64,000 bases of DNA, from assembly GCF_009914755.1 (NCBI RefSeq), contig NC_060926.1; one strand, given 5' to 3'. The translations under genes were made by a program, and so were the position numbers. The number at the start of each line of letters is the position of its first letter. The stretch's first letter is position 1. Source of the DNA: the human T2T-CHM13v2.0 reference genome, Homo sapiens. The notes under the pieces were generated by a model. That model searched no databases. It was not told the DNA's origin and saw nothing but the letters and a program-made list of their open reading frames with translations. Positions 15,318 through 31,214 of the stretch are shown piece by piece.

Positions 15318-17291
15318 TCAGGAGGCTGACTCAGGTCTGGAAGGTGCCTCGCTGATAACCTCCCATGTGGCATCACCTGTCTCTCTTGAAGAGCCATCGC
15401 AACCAAGGCTTCCTCCTCCTGGCCAGGCCTTGGCAGGTCCTCACTCTTTCCCCTGCAACCACTGAAGTTTCCAAGCTGTTGCCACAAGCACTGCTTTCAA
15501 CCTGGCCCTGCTGGTGGTCACCAAGGGTGATCCTGGCATGCCATGGCTTTCAAAGCAGCTGTTAATGGCGCTGTTTGCCAGTGGATGGAGAGGAAGGTTG
15601 GAGAGATTTCTCCTCTGTTGGCATGACCTATCGGTCAAACCTTTGTGCCTGAGAGAGTCCCTAAATGAAGAAACTTGGTCAGAGAATATGTGAAAGCTGT
15701 AGTGCATTGAAACTATTTATTCAGCCTGACCAAAAATCAGTCAAAATTAGCTTTGATCTTGCTAGTTACTCTCCCCCCATTTACAAAATCTACCTAGGCC
15801 TGGGGTTACCTGAGGAGGACCCTGGAAAGTTCAATGAATCATCAAATCATTTTCATTTACATCCAAACTTGGAGAAAACGTCACTATTAAAACCTTACTG
15901 AGAAGGCAGTAAAATCAATGTTTTTCATGAATAAAGCTTGAACTTCAGACAAAACTGTAGTGGTTTGCCGCATCCCTGTGAGGACAAAATCCCTTCAAAG
16001 AAAGATTGCTTACTTTCCACTTCCTTCGGATGTGTGGCGAAAGAGCTTCAGGAAAGCTTACTTCCTTCAAACTTACCAGACGGCCCTGAGGTCACTACAG
16101 ATTTAAGTACAAATTGAGCATTTGGAATAAAATTAAGGACAGGTGTGTGGATTTCTGGGGAAAAGTCCAAGGGTGGCTTTCTCTTTTCAACAGTGACCAC
16201 CTCCCTCCCTCCCTTCCTCCTTCCTCTCTTCTATCATTGTCATGATGTTGGGTGGACAACTTGGTATCAGAGTTAAAAGGAAATTAATGTAACTGTATCA
16301 ATGGCTACAATTTAATACATCTCCACTATTATTAATTTATTTATTGAGTATGCTGTATTTTTGGTCCTATTTTAGTGATCATAATTTAAAAAAAAAAACC
16401 CTATCTGTAGGACTTCCATTGGTTCAGCAGTAATAAAGTTCTTCCAACACAATGTTCTACATAGAATCTGTAATTCCACAATCAACAATTCTCTAATGAG
16501 AAATGTCTTAAGAAACCTAACCTTCACCTTTTGGAAGGAACTGTTGTACATGCAAGGGGTACCATAAAATACTTTAAGAAAAATGAATGTATGGCATTTC
16601 ATGATGAACAAGTTAAATATATTATTGATACACTATTTAACCAAATGCATATTTAATTAAGAGAAGTGTTAGACAATTAGGGGAAACATTAAAATGGGAA
16701 AGTAATATATTTAACAATCACCTGTTGTTAATTTGGAATACATGACTATATTGCTTGGAGACATTTTCATAGTTAATAAATAAGATTAGTAAGTACACGG
16801 GTTGCTGTAGTTTCTAAAAATTTTATAAGGCATATTAAGCTCTTACGCTGAAAGACTAGATCAATTATTCCAATAGTAACCATTTGTCTCGTAAAACATT
16901 CACCAGGTTTGCCTCATAAATTTGGATTTGGAATTAAAAGGCCTAATTTGCATCACAATTTTGTTCATATGGTAAGAAAGAGTAGACTATGTATAAAAGT
17001 ATTTTTTAGTCAGAAGGAGAACACACTCCTTTTGTTATACTTGGTTTTGAAGTATGAAGTGTGTATTTTTATGTGGAGTTAGGATTTGGGTTTTCATTTT
17101 AATGATGTTTGTGTGAATTAGATTTGTAAATTAGATATGAAGGCAGGACCAGCCAAAGCCAATTTCTGATTAATCCAAGAGAGAGTAATTCTTGACTCTC
17201 ACCCACTGCTACTGAGCTGACAGAAAATTCTCACTTAAAACAACAAATTCACATTAATATTTAGACATGTTTTGATAACAATAAGAACTAA

Positions 17292-17772
<481 letters not shown>

Positions 17773-17910
17773 GTCATTGCCTTCATCATCACTATTTTAA
17801 AGGTAGGGAAACCTAGGCACACAGAGTTTAAATAACTTGCCCAAGATTAGCCAGCATGCATGAAGGAGCTAAATGCAAAGCCAGGTACTACAGCTTCCTA
17901 ACCTAGGCTC

Positions 17911-18212
<302 letters not shown>

Positions 18213-20039
18213 TAGCCTGGGCTCTTGAGGACTAGCCCCCTTGACTTTTCCCAGGTACAGCCCATGGGTGCGAGTGACGGTTTCGGGTGTCACTCTAGTG
18301 CTGGCGCACCTCTCACAGCACTGGGAGAATGATGGTGATGACTGTCTAGCACATGGGCATGTCTACTACGAATCACCTTGAGTATGTTACTTCCTATGAA
18401 AGATAACGTGATAGCTCATGTATAGAGACATTTCAGTTTCAAAAAAGGAAAAATGTAATATTGCCCTGAAATGTCGAATGGGTATTTTGGTAATCTGCAC
18501 TAAACGTTTTCTGCCAAATGAGACACTCACTCATTGGGGGGTGTTTGTTTCCATTTAAGTTTTTAAATTACAGGGTTTCCTTTAGGTTTTAACCATTCTC
18601 TACAGTGTGGTTGAGTTTTAAATTAAGCCTGCTGAAAATAGAGACTAAAATTGGTTTGGCCACAAGGTTTTCAAAAGTATTTTTTTCCCCTCTCTTTCTT
18701 TTGTGTTTTGTTTATGTTAGGATAAGAGCATTTAAAAATGAGTGAGAGGTCAAGGTATCATTTTCCTCTAAATGACATTTCCTTTCCCTTTCTTTTCTCA
18801 TATTTTTTGTGTGTGGTGTGAGTGTGTTTAATTACTTTGTTTGCTTTCATTTAGCCAAACATTATATTGTCTATTCATTTGTTAGTATTTTCATTTTCAA
18901 GGGACTGTTTTCTCATGCTTACATCATTCTAACATTCAAGTTCTTTCTTTCTTCTTTTGTACTTAGAGGCAGACAATTCTCTGTTCACAATCCTTTTGTC
19001 ATAGTTTAAAATATGGGTTGTAAGGTTTATCAGTAAAATGAACCTTCCTAAGATCAGCATAAAAGGTAGTAGGGCTACTAAAGAAGTTATCAAAAGAGCA
19101 TCTAAGGTCCTTAAGCTGTTGACATGTTGTCACAGCATATTTCCAGTTTGCAAATTTTCAATCCACAAAATCTGTAATTCAGATTGCCACTAAAATTTGT
19201 ATTCCCGAAGTAGTAATAATAACAAAAGGCACTTACTATTTTGTAAAATACGGTTTTAAACATAATCATTAACTCACTCAACCTCGCAATAACCTCATAA
19301 AGAGTTGTTATTTTCAGAAGCACAGAGTGATTAAGTGAAATTCCCAGGTTACATTGCTAAAAAAGATAGATCACAGACCCATAAAAATATTTTCATTGTT
19401 ATCAGTTTTATCATCATATCTTTTATTGAGCACCTTTTATAATTATCCAAGCTGTTCTATTAGGAATGTATTCTACGTATTGCTCTTTTTACAGATAAGG
19501 CAGCTAACAAGTCACAGTGGTTAAATAACCTATGGAAGGCCAAAGATCTTAAAGTCAGTGTTGGAAATCAAGTTCGGCTGGCTCCAAACCTGTGCTGTTT
19601 CAGCTTCTCCACAATTCTTTACATCCATGGGCTTCAATTTTCTCAGGTGGAAAATTTTAAAAGCCCCTTTGATTATAATAATTTATTACTGAAAATAAGA
19701 GACAATCATTATGGCCCTGAGTCTGAATACTGATAGTAATTTTTCAAGCAAAAATAAACACTTTTGGGGGTGAGATAAAACAATTTTGATAGAAAAGGCT
19801 TTTCCAAAGAGATTCAGTTTGATGTGCGTGGTCTAGATTTTCTGTGATCTTCTGTAATCTAGGGAAAGGCTTAAATAATTGGAAGCTTTGAATGCTTAAT
19901 ATGTTCCTGGGGCCATGCATCCTTCTTTTATATTACTTGTCTTGGCTGGATATCTGACAAGATCTATACAGTAGAACATACACAAACTTGAAGCTTAAGG
20001 GCTTGTTATTTAGGCATTATTGGCTCTTTTCCTCATTTT

Positions 20040-21140
20040 TACTATTTATGGAGCTTAGCTTTTCTTTCTATAGATACTGGTTTCTGTTGGGTATCATATT
20101 CCTTCTGCTTGAAGAACTCTAACATTCCATGTGTTATTCCAGGTCTTTGGGTAATACATTCTCTCTATTTGTCTTTTCTGAAGAAGTCTCCATTTCACCT
20201 TTATTGTTGACAAAAAAAAATTTCACTGGATATAGAGCTCTGGGTTAACAGTTGTGTTTTTTTCAGTACTTTAAAAATACTGCTCCATTGACTTACAGTT
20301 TGCATAGTTTTTGTTGAGAGGTTGGTTGTAATTCTTATCTTTATTTTTCTGTATGTTTTATGTCTTTTTTTTGTCTGACTGCCTCTGACTTTCTATTTCT
20401 ACTTGTTTTTGAGAAGTGTGATTATAATATATCTAGATGTGTTTTCTTGAAAATTACCCTGCTTGGGATTCTCTGAGTTTCTTTGGTCTGTGCTTAGATG
20501 TATTTTATTATTTTTGGAAAATTCGTGGCTATTATCTTTCCAAGTATTTCTTCTCTCCGTCTTTCTTCTCTTTCTGGGAATCCAGTTGTAATCATGTTTT
20601 AAAAAATGTGATTGTTCCATCGGTCTCGGTCTCAGATGTTCTTTCTCTCTGTTTCTCTCTCTGGTTTTCTTTCTCTGTCTATGTCTTTCTTTCCCCCTTC
20701 TTTTATTTTTCTCTTTGTGTTTCAACTTGGGTAATTTATATGGCCCTATCTTCAGCTTCACTGATTCTTTTCTCAGCTATGTCAAATCTACTAATGAGCC
20801 TGTCAAAGACATCATTTATTTCATTTCCACTAACACGGTTTTGGTTTTGTTTTTAATTTATGATATTTCTATTAAACCTTTTCTTGTAGTTTTCATCTTT
20901 CCAATAAAATTTTCTATCTGTGCACACACATGATCTGCTTTTTTATTAGATTATCAAACATATTAATCAACTATTTTTAAGTCTCTATATCACAGTCCTA
21001 AAAACTGTATTATTTGAGTCCAGACTATTAGTTGCTTTGTGTCCCCTAAATGGGTTGTTTTTTCTTGCAGTCTGTGTGTCTTTGGTGGTGGGGGGCTTCC
21101 TAACTTTTTTTTATTAAAGCTGGACATTGTGGCTAGAACT
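20040..21140 (-). mobile_element. Old L1M fragment (ORF1 region)
   Basis: T-rich strand; minus ORF 20399-20761 ends TSRYIIITLLKNK, resembling the L1 ORF1p motif TPRHIIIKLLK; boundaries approximate. Confidence 0.8.
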
Positions 21141-21681
21141 CTAAATACCATTTCTATTCCAATAACCATTTATAAACCATATCAATAAGAGTAAGGCAAT
21201 GATAATTGATTCTACATGTCCAGAGGGGATTTTAACACACACGTAAGTCTGGGGTTGCCATGAGTCCACAACGGTAATGAGTAGCTCAACCAGTCTGGCT
21301 ACATATAGAAGTCCCACCACACTCAAATAGCTTGGATAATAAGAATTAAAAGTAGTTTGTCCCACTGTTCCATTTTTTATTCAACTCTGAAAATAAAATA
21401 GCCATGCCTGTCTTATCTCTTTGTATTTATTATTTTCTGAATGAATGAACAAGTGAGCTTCTCCTGGGTCAGGCTGCTAGGGAGGGTTTTTAAAGTGGTC
21501 TCCCAAACTCTCTAAGCTACAAGAGCAAAAATCAACAAATCAAGCCACAGAATGAATTTCAGGGAAAATACAATCTGGAGTAGACATATAGGAAAGTCCT
21601 CTAGCACTAAAAACAAAAACAAAACTATAGTTGAAATTAGACCCCCGTTTAAATAGACACGCTGTCACCCAGTGTAATGCC

Positions 21682-22229
21682 TGTGTGACAGAGCTAAAGC
21701 TCTACCCTGCCCTAACTCTGCTGATCTTTAAGAAGCAGGATGCCTGTGACAAAAAGTTTTCCTTTGTAAACAGACCAGTGGAGACTGGTTAGAACCAAGA
21801 TAGCTGACCATAGGACTTCAAAAAGACCTCGGGCTTCATTATAATCTCATTTCCATGCTAAATGACACTCTCACCAGTGCCATGACAGTTGCCAGTCACC
21901 ATGACAATGACTGCAAGAGGCATAAAAGGGAAAAATGAAGGCAGCACTCCAGTTCCAGGAAGTTCATTGCCCGTTTCCAGAAAAGGCATGAATATTCCTC
22001 CCCTGGCTTTTAATATCCAACCCATTCGTTAGAGGAACTCTGTATTTTAACCTCCTCACCCTCACTAGTGGAGAAGTTGCTTTGTGAGCCATGCTCCTGC
22101 TTCTCCATTCCATGGCCGTGGAATAAAAAGCCTGCCCTGCTTGATACTCACTTTCAGTTTCATGTGTCAGCTTCACTACACTGAACAGGAAAAGACTCTA
22201 GTTTTGGGAAACCAGCTTTGTCAGTAACA
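21682..22229 (+). mobile_element. ERV1 solo LTR (MER41/MER66-related; subfamily uncertain)
   Basis: TG...AACA termini, perfect 5-bp TSD ATGCC, internal CATGCTAAATGACACTCTCACCAGTGCCATGACAGTT and AATAAA. Confidence 0.8.
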
Positions 22230-22595
22230 ATGCCAATAGAACTTGAAAAGCAAAACAAATTTCATTGAATATTAATTAATTAATTAAATGGTGGTTGGAC
22301 CATTGGCTAGTTATCTGGGAGGGAAAAATCTAGATTTAAAAAAATATGCGACCCCTTCAGAATCTTTCTCAACACCACATTCAGGATGGCCACTACCAAT
22401 CAACTGGAGTTAGCATCTAACTGGAACTTATTTACCATTCTTTATTTGGTATCTTATTTCTAATAGATTAAAAACAAATTAATGATCTTGAAGATTTACA
22501 TGCACACAAATAGATGATAATTTTGACAGCTAATCTTTGGATAGTCAAAGACGTAAGTGCCTAAGTTCCTGAACAAATCACAAAGGAGCAAATCA

Positions 22596-23270
<675 letters not shown>

Positions 23271-23389
23271 AACTGAAGCTGTACCTTCTTTCAGTCAATA
23301 TTTAGAACTAGTTAATATTTATTGTTCATTATAAATATATGATCACTGAAGTTTTCAAACTAAAACTTCTAAAAACAATTAAGATTTTC

Positions 23390-24142
23390 TGCTCATCATC
23401 ACTGGTCATTAGAGAAATGCAAATCAAAACCACAATGAGATACCATCTCATGCCAGTTAGAATGGCAATCATTAAAAAGTCAGTAAGCAACAGATGCTGG
23501 AGACGATGTGGAGAAACAGGAACACTTTTACACTGTTGGTAGGGGTGTATATTAGTTCAACCATTGTGTAAGACAGTGTGGTGATTCCTCAAGGATCTAG
23601 AACTAGAAATACCATTTAACCTAGCAATCCCATTACTGGGTATATACCCAAAGGATTATAAGTCATGCTGCTATAAAGACACATGCACACGTATGTTTAT
23701 TGTGGCACTGTTCACAATAGCAAAGACTTGGAACCAACCCAAATGCCCATCAGTGATAGACTGGATAAAGAAAATGTGGCATATATACACCATGGAATAC
23801 TGTGCAGCCATAAAAAGGATGAGTTCATGTTGTTTGCAGGGACATGGATGAAGCTGGAAACCACCATTCTCAGCAAACTAACACAAGAACAGAAGACCAA
23901 ACACTGCATGTTCTCACTCGTAAGTGGGAGTTGAACAATGAGATCACATGGACACAGGGAGGGGAATGTCACACACTGGGGCCTGTCAGGGGGTGGGGGG
24001 CTAGGGGAGGGATAGCATTAGGAGAAATACCTAATGTAGATGATGGATTGATGGGTGCAGTAAACCACCATGGCACATGTATACTTATATAACAAACCTG
24101 CACGTTATGCACATGTACCCCAGAACTTAAAGTATATAAAAA
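23390..24142 (+). mobile_element. 5'-truncated L1PA (L1PA6/7-like): ORF2 C-terminus plus 3'UTR
   Basis: Encodes [14 protein letters not shown]...[16 protein letters not shown] (ORF2p cysteine-rich domain), G-rich 3'UTR, TSD AATTAAGATTTTC on both sides. Confidence 0.96.
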
Positions 24143-24619
24143 AATTAAGATTTTCATAATCGTAGATAAGACCTTTTTGGAATCTTTTCTTCTAATTATA
24201 TGTTTATGTTCTCTTTAGCACAAGTATGGATTTCACTGCATAAATTGTTCTGTCCTGCTTTGTCATTTGCTATTTGCTGTAGCTTGAATTCTCCCCTGTA
24301 TCATTAAATGCCTTTAAAAATCTGATTTTTACCCTATTGTATTTAACCATTCCATTTTCAGACATTCTGGCAGTTTGCTTAATTTTATTATAATTAATAA
24401 TGCTGTGATGAACATTACTGTATAAACATGTTTCCAGTTGTTTCCAGGCATAGTAGAGATATTAAAAACTTACTTGTTTGAATGGAGAGGTGGCTAAATG
24501 GATAAACAGAAAAATGGGTGAATGTGTGACTGTTAAGCATTGGAATGTAAAGGTTTGAAGAAGATATAAAGGCCCAAGTCTATCCATTGACAGGTGAAGT
24601 AAGAATTCAGATTATTTTA

Positions 24620-26110
24620 AAGATAAAAGAGTCTTGAGAATATTCAAATACTGAATAAAAAGACTCAGTAGTTATGATTGTGGACTGAGGATGGAGTGAG
24701 TATGACTGATGAGTGCAGATCCCTAGAGACAGGAAAGGAATGAGATCCAGAACAGGTGCAGAGGGTAATTCCTTCAGGAGTCAACTATTATTTCGTGACT
24801 GGAGAGAAGGAAGCAAGGATGCAAGGTTGTGTGTTCATGCAGGTATGTGTAGAAGCAGGAAGAAAGTTGAGAGAGTTCTGAGACTCCAAGTGTCCCTTTT
24901 TGTTAATATCAGCATGGCCTTTCCAAACTGAGGGGCAAAAGGAGACGAAATCAGAGTTTGGGGAAAAGGGTAAAAGTTTGAGAGAGCTGTCCTAGATTTC
25001 TGCAGAATATGAGAAGAGGCTGCCACCAAGGACCACACAGAGGGATGGCCAGGCAGCTCTGAAGTATGGGTTGAATCTGGAAGCTCCACAGTGCTATGTA
25101 GAGCAGGGAGAATCATCATTGGGCTTTCCTGGAAGGGAGAAATAGAGGGACAAAGACAAAGAAGAGAATGACTTGAGGATCTGTGCAAGAATATGAATGT
25201 TGTGGCAGCCCAAATCTGGGCTGAATATTATCAGAATAGTGAAAGTGAGAGAGAGGGGAGCAGGTCTATTGTGAGATGACCAAAGGAACAACTTCTTGGA
25301 GATTTTTCTGAGTCTCGAACAGAAGGAAAGGGACCAGAGAAAGAAAGAGCTGGGATGATGGGAGATTGTAGTCAGAGAACTCCTAGGGCAGAGGAATTTA
25401 AGATTTTAGAAGTAGATAAATTACAGGGACATGTCCAAAATAGGGCCTTGATACCAAATGTCCAAAGTGAAGTGAAAGAACGTGCCAATGGGTTCAGAAG
25501 CTTAAAGAACAATGGCCATCTGGTCAAGGACAAGGGACATCCAAATCATCCAGAATAAGGGTGAGTCTTGGAGCGAAGTGGGAGACAAACACCCAGTGTG
25601 AATGTTTTCTGTGAATATGGGGCATTGACTCAACTGAATAAATGACCAAGGAAAAAGGGTGGAAAGTGGCAAACAAGATGGCAGCATCTTCCTATATAAG
25701 AGCTCATGAAGTAGCCTGAGAGTAGCCTCGGGGAGGGAGTCTCAAAGAAGAGAGAGTAGCCTCGGGTGGGAGGAGTCTTAAAGAAGAGAGTAGCCTGGGG
25801 GCAGGGGGAGTCTCAAAGAAGAGATAGTAGCCTGAGGGAGGGGGGGAGTCTCAAAGAAGAGAGAGTAGCCTGGGGGTGGGGGGAGTCTCAAAGAAGACAG
25901 AGTAGCCTCGGGGTAGAGGGGGGAGTCTCAAAGAAGAGAGAGTAGCCTCGGGTAGGGGGAGCCTCAAGGAAGAGAGAGTAGCCTCGGGGAGTGAGTCTCA
26001 AAGAAGAGAGAGTAGCCTCTGGGAGGGAGTCTCAAGGAAGAAATAGGATTGCAATAAACACAGGAGGGGGAAGGGCCTTTTAAGCTGAAGCTGTACGTTG
26101 AGCAGAGTCA
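24620..26110 (-). mobile_element. Probable degenerate L2 internal region hosting a VNTR
   Basis: Purine-rich strand with weak similarity to antisense L2 ORF2; approximate. Confidence 0.4.
25718..26041. repeat. G-rich minisatellite, 9 units of about 34-40 bp
   Basis: Core GAGTCTCAAAGAAGAGAGAGTAGCCT separated by variable G-runs. Confidence 0.95.
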
Positions 26111-29100
26111 GAGTTCCTGACCATCAGGAAACCAGGAGGAAGGGACAGCGGCGAATCTATGTGACCAAGGCGATGTTGATCCCACAGCACATAATGGCAG
26201 GACTCTTGCACCAGGGAGACTTAGAGTCATGAGTAATGGAAAGTGTGTTCCAGTTGTCAAAATAAATGAGTAAAATGTATTTTATGGGGTGTTATTTTTA
26301 GTTTTATAAGGCCAGATGTTCCAGCTGTACATTGCCTTACGTGCCTGTATTTCCTGGAAGCGACAGTGTCTCCATTTTCCTGACAGTCTAGAAATACCTT
26401 GCCTGGCCTCCATTATCCAGAGTCTGCGCTCCTATGGCCTCACTTATCTGGATCCTAGGAATGAAAGTAGAGGGAACACATCAGGACCCCAGACAGCCAG
26501 AATCAATGTCACAAAGCCCACAGGCTTTACTTGCTGGATATCAGCCACAGCCTATTTTATTTTAAGGCAAATTGTAACAAAGTTCAGTTGTTTGGTTTCC
26601 TAACCCAGAGCAAAATTGCAGGTTCTGCTGTTAAACACTAAAAGGAAGAGAGGGAATAATAAATCAAAAGGATCAAGTCACAAAGGGGCCAGGGAAGAGA
26701 AACACGAGAGGCTGCCACTTTATAGGATCATCAGAAACAGCTGAGGGCAGACACAGAAAAGTTAGGAAATGAAACGACATATGGTTTGCGGCCATTACTC
26801 TGCTCTAACCTTGTAGAACTCTGTGGAATTCTGTCATAATAAAACAGTTCATTTCATCTGAATTGGGGACCCCCGAGGTCTGATCCCGGGAGTCCCCAAG
26901 CCCACTTTTCCCTCCTTGGCCATCCAACTTCCTGGGGTGCCCTTGTGTGCTCATGCAGGTATGTGTAGAGGCAGGAAGAAAGTTGAGAGAGTTCTGAGGC
27001 TCCAAGGGTCCCTTCTGGTTAATACCAGCATGGCCTTTCCAAGGTGGAGGGGCGAAAGGAGATGAAATCAGAGTTTTGGGAAAAGGTTTCTCTCCCACAG
27101 AAGCCAGGAATAGGCCATCCAAACACAGCTGCCACCTTGCCATCTTTTTAGCCCTCAGACTAGCTGCAAACTCAAGGACCTTTTCTCTTCAAGGGTTTTA
27201 TGAGGATTTGGGGCCAGAAAAAAAAAAAAAAGAAAGAAAAAGAAAACAGAGAGGGTGACAAAATAGATATATGAGGAAATTTCAAAGACCTAGACGTTCT
27301 CCAAGTAGTCATTTTCTAGTCAATAAATATTTCTTGGGTAAATTAATGATCTGTTTAGAAATTAGCTCGGGCATCAGCCCAGCTTTCCTGGCCCCTTTCT
27401 GAACCAGCTGTCTCAGCTATCCCCTGGAAATCACGATGTTTTATGTCTATCAGATGCTTTAGACACTCGGGATGGGGGAACAGATTCTTAGTCCAAGCAT
27501 AAGTAGACTCCTGGGATAAGGCTGGGGGCTCCCGGGGAACCCACACACACATATATTCCCCTAGATGTCCCTTCCCTCTTCTCACCCACCGGCCCCTCCT
27601 TTAGGACCCTTTCTTCAGCCCACAGTTCCAAAGATACCTCTAAGCTGGCCAGTCAGTAGATCTAAGAATAGGCTTCTACTCAGAGTCATGTGTGCACATA
27701 GAGAAGTCCCGGACAGTCTCCTGATGTGGCCCATTTTGGTTATTTTTTGGTATAAATAAATAAAACTTGTCAAATATATTTTAGAGAAATGCATAAAATG
27801 ACTCACATGATACATGTTTTGGTGGCTCATGGTTTGGTCTTCAATTGTGGAAGGTTCACTGTGTGGCCTCCTGCACTCCAGATCTGTGCAGAATCCATGA
27901 ACGGTTACACAGTACACATGCAGCTCTCTCCTCCCCAGCTGTAGACTACTCAGTGTGGTGAGTGGTCCGCCATCCCTTCTTCTCAACACATAAGGGGCTG
28001 TGTGTGTGAAAGTGGTGACAAGAGATTCCATGGAGCAGGGGTTCTTGTCTTGAAATGACTTAAAATATGCCTAGAGAGACTCTTCTGAGAATCAGATGAA
28101 TGGTGCAGAGACGTGCCCTCCAGGAGTGCAGAGCGTGACTTCACACATGAAGTCTTCATTCAACTCCCCAGTCACTCAGTGCAAAACCTTGGTTCATCCC
28201 CTATCAAGTGCCAGATGTGTGTGAAATAATAGAAATACAGAGATATACAACTCAGTCTCTGCACTTGAGAATCCCAGAGCCCGAGAGGGCAGACAGACGT
28301 GTGAACAGAGAGCTCCAGTGCAATGAGGTAGGGATCTGGAATCACTCCCGGATTTCTGGTTTGGGTAACTCAGGGATGGCGGTGCATTTGTCTTAGCTGG
28401 AGACCAGAAGAAAAGGAGGCTGCAGGGGAAGATGGTGGGTCCAGCCCAGGACATGTCCAGTTAGTTGTGCCTTAAGAGGAGATTGACGAAGACCCTTCTC
28501 TGAGCCAGCACTGTGCTAGGCTTGAGAGCAGCAGAGACTGTCCCTGCCCTCAACTAATGTAGTATGGAGCAGAGTGAGTCTCACACCACACAGTATGGAT
28601 GCAGAATGTCATGGAGGAGGTTTGGGGGGCTGGCTAAGGATGAAGAGGAAAGCGTCTCTTGCATGCATGCTGGTGGGGGGAAGGGGTACAGAAATGTACC
28701 CTGCTCTGGGAGTCCCATGGAGAGAGGCTGTGGGAAGGAGGAGGGTCCCTGTCAGACAGGCAGTACAGCCCATAGATAAGAGTGGCTGAGTGGAGAGGGC
28801 ATCCTCCCCATTTCCTCTGAGAACACAGTGCAGCTTTGGGGACTTGAGGACAGCAGGGCTCTTTGAGGAGCTCCTGCAGCCAGCAGCACTGGAGGTGGCA
28901 GCGTCTTCCCCACAGCAGCCACAAGGTTCTGGGCTTTAGGTCTTCCTGGCAGTGGATCTCAGCGCTGCACACCAGAGCAGAAGTACCTGCAGGAACTCTT
29001 AGCAACCAGGCTTGGACAACACTGGGCTCCCAGGCATCCTTGGGTGAGTGTTTGAGAGGGCCAGAGTTTCTGCACTTGGCAGGTGGCTGCAGGGCTCACA

Positions 29101-30894
29101 AGTGGGTCTTCAGTGCCCAGGAGTCCCCATTGGCACAGACACCTGCAAAGGCCTGAGGAGGATGCCCTACTGGACAAGACGTCGTCCGCTGAGTGCAGTG
29201 GTGCTGGGGAAGGGAGAACCGAACGCTGGCAGCAGTAAGGACATCCTCACAGCAAACATGGTTCAACCTGCTGCTGACTGACATATATCCACTCACATTC
29301 CAGGTGCAGTTTCTGTTGAAGCATTTTTTGAAAGCAGTGTAATCTGACTTTCCAATACACCTGACAGGCAGCAAAGCACCACTGACACAGTGACGCTGGG
29401 ACCTCCCCAAGGTAGCTAACTTGTGAGCACTCCCATTTCATTCCACAGGAAGTAGGGAGTGTCTGTCCCTGACAGCAGGGAGCACAGGGTCTGGTGAGGA
29501 ATAAGGGGCCCCTGCAGGACCTGGGGTGCCTGGCCCACTTCGGCACCACCTCCGGGTGCCTCTGTTACCTGGTGGGCAGAATCAAACACCCAGGATGGGA
29601 GACTGATCCATTCCAGAAGACTTTGCCCATCTTCCTCATCTGGGAATGACAAGAGGCAGGGCTAGGGTATGGAGAGCCCATGCAGGCCCCTAGCCTGGTT
29701 CCCCTCCCCCAGGAGTTTTGTGGAAATGATTCTGGAAAGGTTGGAGCCAAGATGTGCCCCTGCCTGATCCACTTGGCCTCCTCCCGAGGGTGCACGGGGA
29801 AGAAACAGACACTTCCCTCTGAGCCACTGAAGCATCTACTCCTCCAAAGGACCAACCAGAGAGGGGCAGAGCTGCTGGCCACCCCCAGGGTTTCCTCCCA
29901 AAACTCGGAGCTTGTCCTTCTCCCAGGACGGGAGCCAGGCAGCTTTATTGTCCGGTGGGAGACGACACTTTTCCAGGAGGGCTCCTTCCTGCACTCTCCT
30001 GAAGGCGAACCTAACCAGAATCCAAGCCAATCCTAAAGCCAGGACATATGAAAAGTCCCTATGTTTCAACATTTGCATAGAATATAAACTTAAAGGTGAA
30101 ATTTTGCCCATGTAAAGTCCTGGGCTGTCTACCCAGGTGGAGGGCTTGGTGTCCTTGTTGATGTCATTATTTTTCAAGCAACATCATAGACTCTGCAATG
30201 CAGCAATAGAGAATCCACTTTGAATCCCAATGCTACATGAGCTTCATTCTTTTTTTCAATGGATTTTCATGTGGAAGCAGAGCAGACTCAAATTGACATA
30301 TTTTACTGCCATTTACAAATCTATTGCTTAATAAAAGCCCGTTTTTATATTATTTGATCATATGATGCCCTTCAAACTATTGTTTTCATTTGTTGCCTTT
30401 AATTTACACCCTTCATATCCCACATCTCTTTCATTTTGACCATGACACAATAGTGACATGGCGGTTGGGCTATATCACGTTGCCATACGCTTAGTGTACT
30501 GGAGGTTTTTATTTGATTTTAAGCTTCTGGGAAAAAATATGGGACTTATTTCAGTGAAGTGTGAAAAGTTCTGTTTCTCTGTGTGCTGTCAGTGTGCATT
30601 TTGATCACATGACAATTTCAGGTTTGCTAATCCCTGATAGCAGAGATCATGTCCTGCCTGGAGTCAGACAGGTGCCAAACATGCTGCCCCAAAGCCTCAT
30701 GATGCCAGCGGGGTGTGGGTATTGTCCTCACTTGCCTTTCTCTATAACCGCATCCACTCTCTCACCCTTGATCACTTTGGTCCCACCACAGTGGCCACCT
30801 TTCCATTGCACCTGCCTTTATCACCTGCCTATGAAGAGAGCCTGTGATACACAGTTTCATGTGGAACTGACTGTCATAGCATAAAGTTAATTAA

Positions 30895-31189
<295 letters not shown>

Positions 31190-31214
31190 TAAAGTTAATT
31201 AACCAGTACCCTCA

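Noticed and set aside
25718-26041. CRISPR-like repeat-spacer layout
   Set aside because: The spacers are short related G-runs rather than unique sequences, there are no cas genes, and the context is primate DNA; it is a minisatellite
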